Source: an uncultured Candidatus Saccharibacteria bacterium (GTDB taxonomy: Bacteria > Patescibacteriota > Minisyncoccia > Phycocordibacterales > UBA918). Taken from it: 64,000 bases of DNA. How positions within the stretch are numbered: position 1 is the stretch's first letter; each line of letters begins with the position of its first letter. The stretch lies in NCBI GenBank assembly GCA_964350645.1, contig CAYGJY010000002.1, positions 246,431 through 310,430 on the forward strand, written 5' to 3'. A program made the position numbers and the translations under genes. The notes below the pieces were generated by a model, which worked only from the letters and a program-made list of their open reading frames with translations, made no database searches and was not told the origin of the DNA. This document shows, piece by piece, positions 60,965-64,000 of this stretch.

Positions 60965-60980
60965 AATAGTCTTCGTAGTT

Positions 60981-61664
60981 ATGATTTATTTCGATAACGT
61001 ATCGAAGCTGTACAACAGTGGAAATTCGAGTGCTATCCAGGAAGTTACTTTCCAGGTTGCACCTAAAGAATTCGTTTCAATCGTCGGTCACTCCGGCGCT
61101 GGTAAAACCACCCTACTGAAGATGCTTATCGCTGAAGATCGTCCCACCTCTGGTCAAGTGTTTTACGAATCACTCGACATCCACCAGATTCCCCGAGTGA
61201 AGTTACCGAAGTTTCGTCGCAAGATCGGCACCGTGTTTCAGGACTTCAAACTCCTCCCTCATAAGACTGCTTTTGAAAACATCGCTTTTGCGATGGAGGC
61301 TAATGGACGATCAGACGAAGAGATTGCTGAAAACGTACCACAAGCACTAGCCCTGGTTGATCTTGAAGATAAAATCTGGAATTTCCCGCATGAACTCTCT
61401 GGTGGAGAAAAACAACGCGTAGCGATTGCCCGAGCGATTGTGAATCAGCCAGACATCATCATTGCTGATGAACCAACTGGTAACCTTGATCCGATTGCCA
61501 CGTATGAGGTGGTACAAATCTTGCGTAAGATCAATGATCTCGGTACTACCGTAATCATGACGACGCACAATAAGGGTGTCATCGATGAACTCGGACGCCG
61601 AGTGATTACGATGGATGAAGGTAGAATTGTCCGCGACGATAAAGAAGGTAAATACGTTTTGTAA
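60981..61664 (+). CDS. ftsE: Cell-division ABC ATPase FtsE.
   Basis: Walker A 'GHSGAGKTT', 'LSGGEKQRVAIARA', 'IIADEPTGNLD'. Confidence 0.9.
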   Translation: MIYFDNVSKLYNSGNSSAIQEVTFQVAPKEFVSIVGHSGAGKTTLLKMLIAEDRPTSGQVFYESLDIHQIPRVKLPKFRRKIGTVFQDFKLLPHKTAFENIAFAMEANGRSDEEIAENVPQALALVDLEDKIWNFPHELSGGEKQRVAIARAIVNQPDIIIADEPTGNLDPIATYEVVQILRKINDLGTTVIMTTHNKGVIDELGRRVITMDEGRIVRDDKEGKYVL

Positions 61665-61665
61665 T

Positions 61666-62586
61666 ATGTGGACAGGATTTAAACGAATTGTTCGATCAGG
61701 ATTTATTGGGTTTTGGCGAAATGCCTTTGTTTCACTAGCAGCTATTTTTGTTATGACCGTAGCGCTATTTGTGATCGGCTCAACTATGTTACTTGACCAG
61801 CTTTTGGGTGCCTCACTCCAAAATATCCAAAGTAAGGTTGATATCAATGTGTATTTTGTTACATCGGCTGAAGAGACTGATGTGTTGGCTTTACAGACGT
61901 CACTTGAGTCCCTTCCCGAAGTGGCAGAGGTAACTTATACATCAGGCGAAGAAGCCTTAGCACTGTTTCGTGAACGGCATCGAAATGACGAAACGATCAT
62001 TCAGGGACTTGAAGAGCTCAATGAAAACCCTCTTGGGGCAACGTTGGCTGTGCGAGCGAAAGCCACCAACCAGTACGAAGGAATAGCGTCCTTCCTGAAA
62101 GAACAGCAAGAAAGTGAAAGTCCAGAGAATCCCTTGATTGATGAAGTTAACTTTGTAAAAAATAAAGAAGCCATCGACAAACTCACCTCGATTATTGAAG
62201 CAGTTGAAAGTTCAAGTCTCGTAGTTATGGTCTTTTTGATCGTTGCGGCTGTCTTGATTACCTTCAATACCATTCGTCTGGCAATCTACACCACGCGTGA
62301 AGAGATCTCAGTCATGCGTTTGGTTGGAGCTAGTAACATGTTTATTCGGGGACCGTTTATGCTCCAGGGCACCATGTACGGGCTTATCGCCGGTGTGGTA
62401 GCCTTGTTGTTGTTGTATCCAGTGTTATTGTGGATTGGTCCTGAAACTGAGCTGTTCTTTGAATTTAATTTGTTCACCTACTTTATCAATGACTTCGCCT
62501 ACATCTTTGGGGTGATCGTCGGGTCTGGTATGGTACTTGGCTTAGTCTCAAGTATCCTCGCCGTGTCACGCTATCTACGCGTGTAA
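61666..62586 (+). CDS. ftsX: Cell-division permease FtsX.
   Basis: N-terminal TM, periplasmic domain, C-terminal 3 TM; start trimmed to 'MWTGFKRIV'. Confidence 0.85.
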   Translation: MWTGFKRIVRSGFIGFWRNAFVSLAAIFVMTVALFVIGSTMLLDQLLGASLQNIQSKVDINVYFVTSAEETDVLALQTSLESLPEVAEVTYTSGEEALALFRERHRNDETIIQGLEELNENPLGATLAVRAKATNQYEGIASFLKEQQESESPENPLIDEVNFVKNKEAIDKLTSIIEAVESSSLVVMVFLIVAAVLITFNTIRLAIYTTREEISVMRLVGASNMFIRGPFMLQGTMYGLIAGVVALLLLYPVLLWIGPETELFFEFNLFTYFINDFAYIFGVIVGSGMVLGLVSSILAVSRYLRV

Positions 62587-62606
62587 TTAATCAGTAAGCC
62601 TTCAGT

Positions 62607-64000
62607 ATGAAAAAAACTAGCAAATCAAGAAAGTCGTCAACGCCGACTAAGTATCTCTTCGTAGTAGGTGGTGTTATGAGCGGTGTCGGAAAGGGTGTTG
62701 CTTCATCGTCAATGGCGAAAATTTTGCAGGGGCGCGGACTGAAGGTGACTGCGATTAAAATTGACCCTTACATCAACGTCGACGCTGGGACCATGAATCC
62801 AACTGAGCACGGCGAAGTGTTTGTCTTAAAGGATGGTCTCGAAACAGATCAAGATATGGGTAATTACGAGCGGTTCTTAGGAGAGGATCTGCCGTCAGAA
62901 AACTATATGACAACCGGGAGTGTGTATCTTTCAGTCATTGAAAAAGAGCGTAACTTAGAGTTTGGTGGTAAAAATGTTGAGGTAGTACCTGATATTCCAG
63001 AGGAGGTAATTCGAAGAATTAAGAAAGCTGGTGAGTTAGCGGGTGCAGATATAGTACTGACCGAAGTTGGGGGGACAGTTGGTGAATACCAAAATGTCCT
63101 TTTCTTGGAAGCAATCCGCATGATGAAGAGTGATACACCCGATGACATTGGTGTTGTGATGGTAAGCTACTTGCCAATTCCAGGTTCGATTGGTGAGATG
63201 AAGACTAAGTTAACTCAGACAGCGACAAGAATGCTGAACAGCGCCGGTGTGTTTGCTGATATTATTGTCGGTCGCAGCTCAGTACCAATTGACAAAAAAC
63301 GTAAAGAGAAAATTGCTAAGTTCTGCAATGTACGAGTAGAAGATGTCATCTCTGCGCCTGACGTCGAAAGTATTTACGATATTCCGCTTTCATTTGAAAA
63401 AGAACATTTGTCAGAGCGTCTCTGCTCTATGCTGCATTTGCCATGTAGTAAAAAAACTGATTTGTCAGATTGGAAGAAATTTGTATCTAAGTCAAAAAAT
63501 ACTAAAGATACAGTATCGATTGCTGTTGTTGGTAAATATTTCAGTTCTGGTGACTTTGTTTTATCGGATGTCTATATTTCTATCCTTGAATCGATTAAAT
63601 ATTCTGCCTATAAGCTTGGTCTGAAACCAGAAATACATTATTTGTCGTCAATTGAATTTGAAAATGGTAAAGACCTTAAAGAACTCAAGAAATATGATGG
63701 TGTGTTAGTGCCAGGCGGTTTTGGTAAGACGGGTATTGAAGGGAAGCTCAAGGTGATCGAATATATTCGTAAAAATAAGATTCCATATTTTGGTATCTGT
63801 TATGGTATGCAACTCGCGGTACTCGAGTATGGACGCAATGTTCTCAAGAAAAAAGATGCTAGCACTGAGGAAATTAACCCCAAGTCAGCCCACCTACTGA
63901 TTGGTGTCATGCCAGATCAGCGGGAGAAGATAGCTAACAAAGAAATGGGTGGTACGATGCGTCTCGGGCAATATCCAGCATTGCTGCAGAAGGGTACGAT
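62607..64000 (+). CDS. pyrG: CTP synthase (partial, continues past window end).
   Basis: 'GGVMSGVGKGV' N-terminal synthetase motif, 'YFGICYGMQLA' GATase catalytic Cys region. Confidence 0.9.
   Translation, partial: MKKTSKSRKSSTPTKYLFVVGGVMSGVGKGVASSSMAKILQGRGLKVTAIKIDPYINVDAGTMNPTEHGEVFVLKDGLETDQDMGNYERFLGEDLPSENYMTTGSVYLSVIEKERNLEFGGKNVEVVPDIPEEVIRRIKKAGELAGADIVLTEVGGTVGEYQNVLFLEAIRMMKSDTPDDIGVVMVSYLPIPGSIGEMKTKLTQTATRMLNSAGVFADIIVGRSSVPIDKKRKEKIAKFCNVRVEDVISAPDVESIYDIPLSFEKEHLSERLCSMLHLPCSKKTDLSDWKKFVSKSKNTKDTVSIAVVGKYFSSGDFVLSDVYISILESIKYSAYKLGLKPEIHYLSSIEFENGKDLKELKKYDGVLVPGGFGKTGIEGKLKVIEYIRKNKIPYFGICYGMQLAVLEYGRNVLKKKDASTEEINPKSAHLLIGVMPDQREKIANKEMGGTMRLGQYPALLQKGT

Overview
This 64 kb window looks like a small-genome, moderately AT-rich bacterial chromosome (overall roughly 45% GC by eye). 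The gene content and architecture resemble a CPR/Saccharibacteria-like organism: many short hypothetical or membrane proteins, a large type IV pilus locus, and nucleotide-salvage genes. The organismal assignment is an inference, not something shown directly by the sequence.

Core genes recognised:
- smpB with an adjacent tmRNA (ssrA, minus strand), ftsH, and a MacAB-like ABC/FtsX/HlyD export system.
- pyrD, pyrB and pyrC; a DAP/Orn decarboxylase-family gene; recG; a malic enzyme.
- ECF sigma factor, Zur and a ZIP zinc transporter; comF.
- A type IV pilus block (pilM, pilN-like, pilO-like, pilB, a receiver domain, pilT, pilC, pilin, pilD and four pseudopilins).
- ligA, gatC, gatA, two tandem sugar-nucleotidyltransferases, a short prfB, ftsE, ftsX and the start of pyrG.
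- Six tRNAs: Ile-UAU, Ser-GCU, fMet-CAU, Met-CAU, Asp-GUC and Thr-GGU.

Accessory or unusual content:
1. The roughly 1-10 kb segment downstream of the ssrA 3' end behaves like an accessory array. A ~29-bp copy of the tmRNA 3' end and flank (8942-8970) brackets a ~1 kb islet carrying an SRPBCC gene and an AAC(6')-like GNAT gene. A ~60-nt element repeated at 7889 and 8988 flanks a membrane-protein gene.
2. A ~1 kb islet at the 3' end of tRNA-Ser is bounded by imperfect ~36-40 bp direct repeats of the tRNA 3' end. It carries a two-gene module (a small Cas2/VapD-like-fold protein plus a 2-TM protein) followed by a terminator.
3. A ~320-bp, ~68% GC island lies between recG and the malic enzyme gene. 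It contains a 58-aa ORF with very high GC3 and a Shine-Dalgarno site, possibly host-derived HGT.
4. A TM-anchored protein with an RNxxAHG HEPN-like motif sits next to an AT-rich uridine-kinase-like gene.
5. Three YgjV-like paralogues are present.
6. Zur-box palindromes occur in the zur/ZIP intergenic region, and there is a truncated ZIP duplicate.
7. Several perfect long palindromes are present.

No CRISPR array, rRNA or recognisable transposase was seen.
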